A DNA stretch of 64,000 bases from positions 28,506 through 92,505 of the forward strand of contig DF237025.1 of assembly GCA_000708835.1 (NCBI GenBank), given 5' to 3'. The notes below the pieces were generated by a model that did no database searches, was not told the origin of the DNA, and saw only the letters and a list, made by a program, of their open reading frames with translations. Origin of the DNA: Klebsormidium nitens (lineage: Eukaryota > Plantae > Klebsormidiophyceae). The first letter of the stretch is position 1. Each line of letters opens with the position of its first letter. The translations under genes and the position numbers were made by a program. Shown here one piece after another: positions 63,085 through 64,000 of this stretch.

Positions 63085-64000
63085 CTGCGCGATCTAGCAT
63101 ACTTGCTCGCTAGCTGCGCTCTCAGGTTGAACGCCAACAGCCAGCTTTGCCACGAAGCAAGATTCTCGTCTCGACAAAATTAGGCCCTGTGCTATAGCCT
63201 ATGGGTGGGCGCTCAGATTTTCCCAGACGCCACCCAAAAGTTTCAAAAGTGCTGAAAGTTCAATTCTTGATGGGGCTGCCTCTTAGCAAGCCCCAAGGTC
63301 ACCTTCTGCTTCTTTCTAAAAGGCCTATCCTTCGAAGTCGGCGCAAGCACCCGCTAGAGAGAACCATGTGTTTCAAACCCAATCTTTCAAGTGGGGATTT
63401 TTTCGAAGTTTGGGCTCTGCTACTTCGCTCACGTCCTAGGATGCTGCAGCTGCTGGAGAAGCGCCAAACCCTGAGCTCAGCAGGAGAGATTCTTTGAATC
63501 TTCTTCTTCCACGTAAGTTGCTCCCTACTCCGTTACTTCGAATAAGACACAGGTCACACTCAGAAGACTTCAGTTAACTGCTCTGGTTCTTCCTGGTTAG
63601 TACCGCACTTTGGATCATTTCCTGCTCCGTCAGAACGACGACGTTGCGTGACATGCGGGCATCGTCGATCCTCCTTTCATTTAATTCTCCCATGCTCCAA
63701 CTTCGTGCATGCTTCAAGGATACGGACAAAATGACGGCGTGACGTTCTACGGAAGCGTGTGCCTGCGTGTTGCCAGAACAGGCTCGGTCATTTAATATCA
63801 GGGAATCTGTGAATCGCATATGCACGTCCCAGAACCTGAAACGCTTGGAGAATAGCATGTTGTGTTCGTATTCAACGCACCAGAGGCGTCTTGAGTGGGC
63901 TGAATTGCGCACATGGCTCTGTGGGGAAAAGAGGATATGGGTTAGTGCTTTGGATCAGCGGAAGATGCCGCAGCCACAGGGAGCTTTGGCTCCAAACAGG

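Noticed and set aside
1-64000. CRISPR array, tRNA/rRNA/snRNA genes or an intact transposase/RT
   Set aside because: The echo units are exon-derived and divergent, not constant repeats with unique spacers. No RNA-gene signatures or RT, integrase or transposase motifs were recognised by eye.

Overview
Eukaryotic, intron-rich, GC-rich nuclear DNA with plant-type orthologues. It most resembles a charophyte green alga such as Klebsormidium (inference from gene content and splice style). I rebuilt ten spliced genes by hand, checking splice sites and reading-frame phase: a plastid alpha/beta-hydrolase-fold protein (-), SFR2 galactolipid galactosyltransferase (-), PDAT (+, head-to-head with SFR2), a secreted allene-oxide-cyclase/dirigent-like barrel protein (-), GnT-II/MGAT2 (-, with an apparent +1 frameshift), a plant coiled-coil protein (+), a bacterial-type RecN with a long N-terminal extension (+), APC11 (-), plastid Cpn60 beta (+) and a Q-type C2H2 zinc-finger protein (-). 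There is also one doubtful small ORF pair. The most striking unexplained structure is a recurring class of intronic 'splice-junction echoes': decaying tandem copies, about 110-180 bp apart, of an exon edge together with its splice site, in four of the genes, plus a micro-repeat form in SFR2. No rRNA, tRNA, CRISPR array or intact mobile element was recognised. Homology calls come from recalled family motifs, not database searches.
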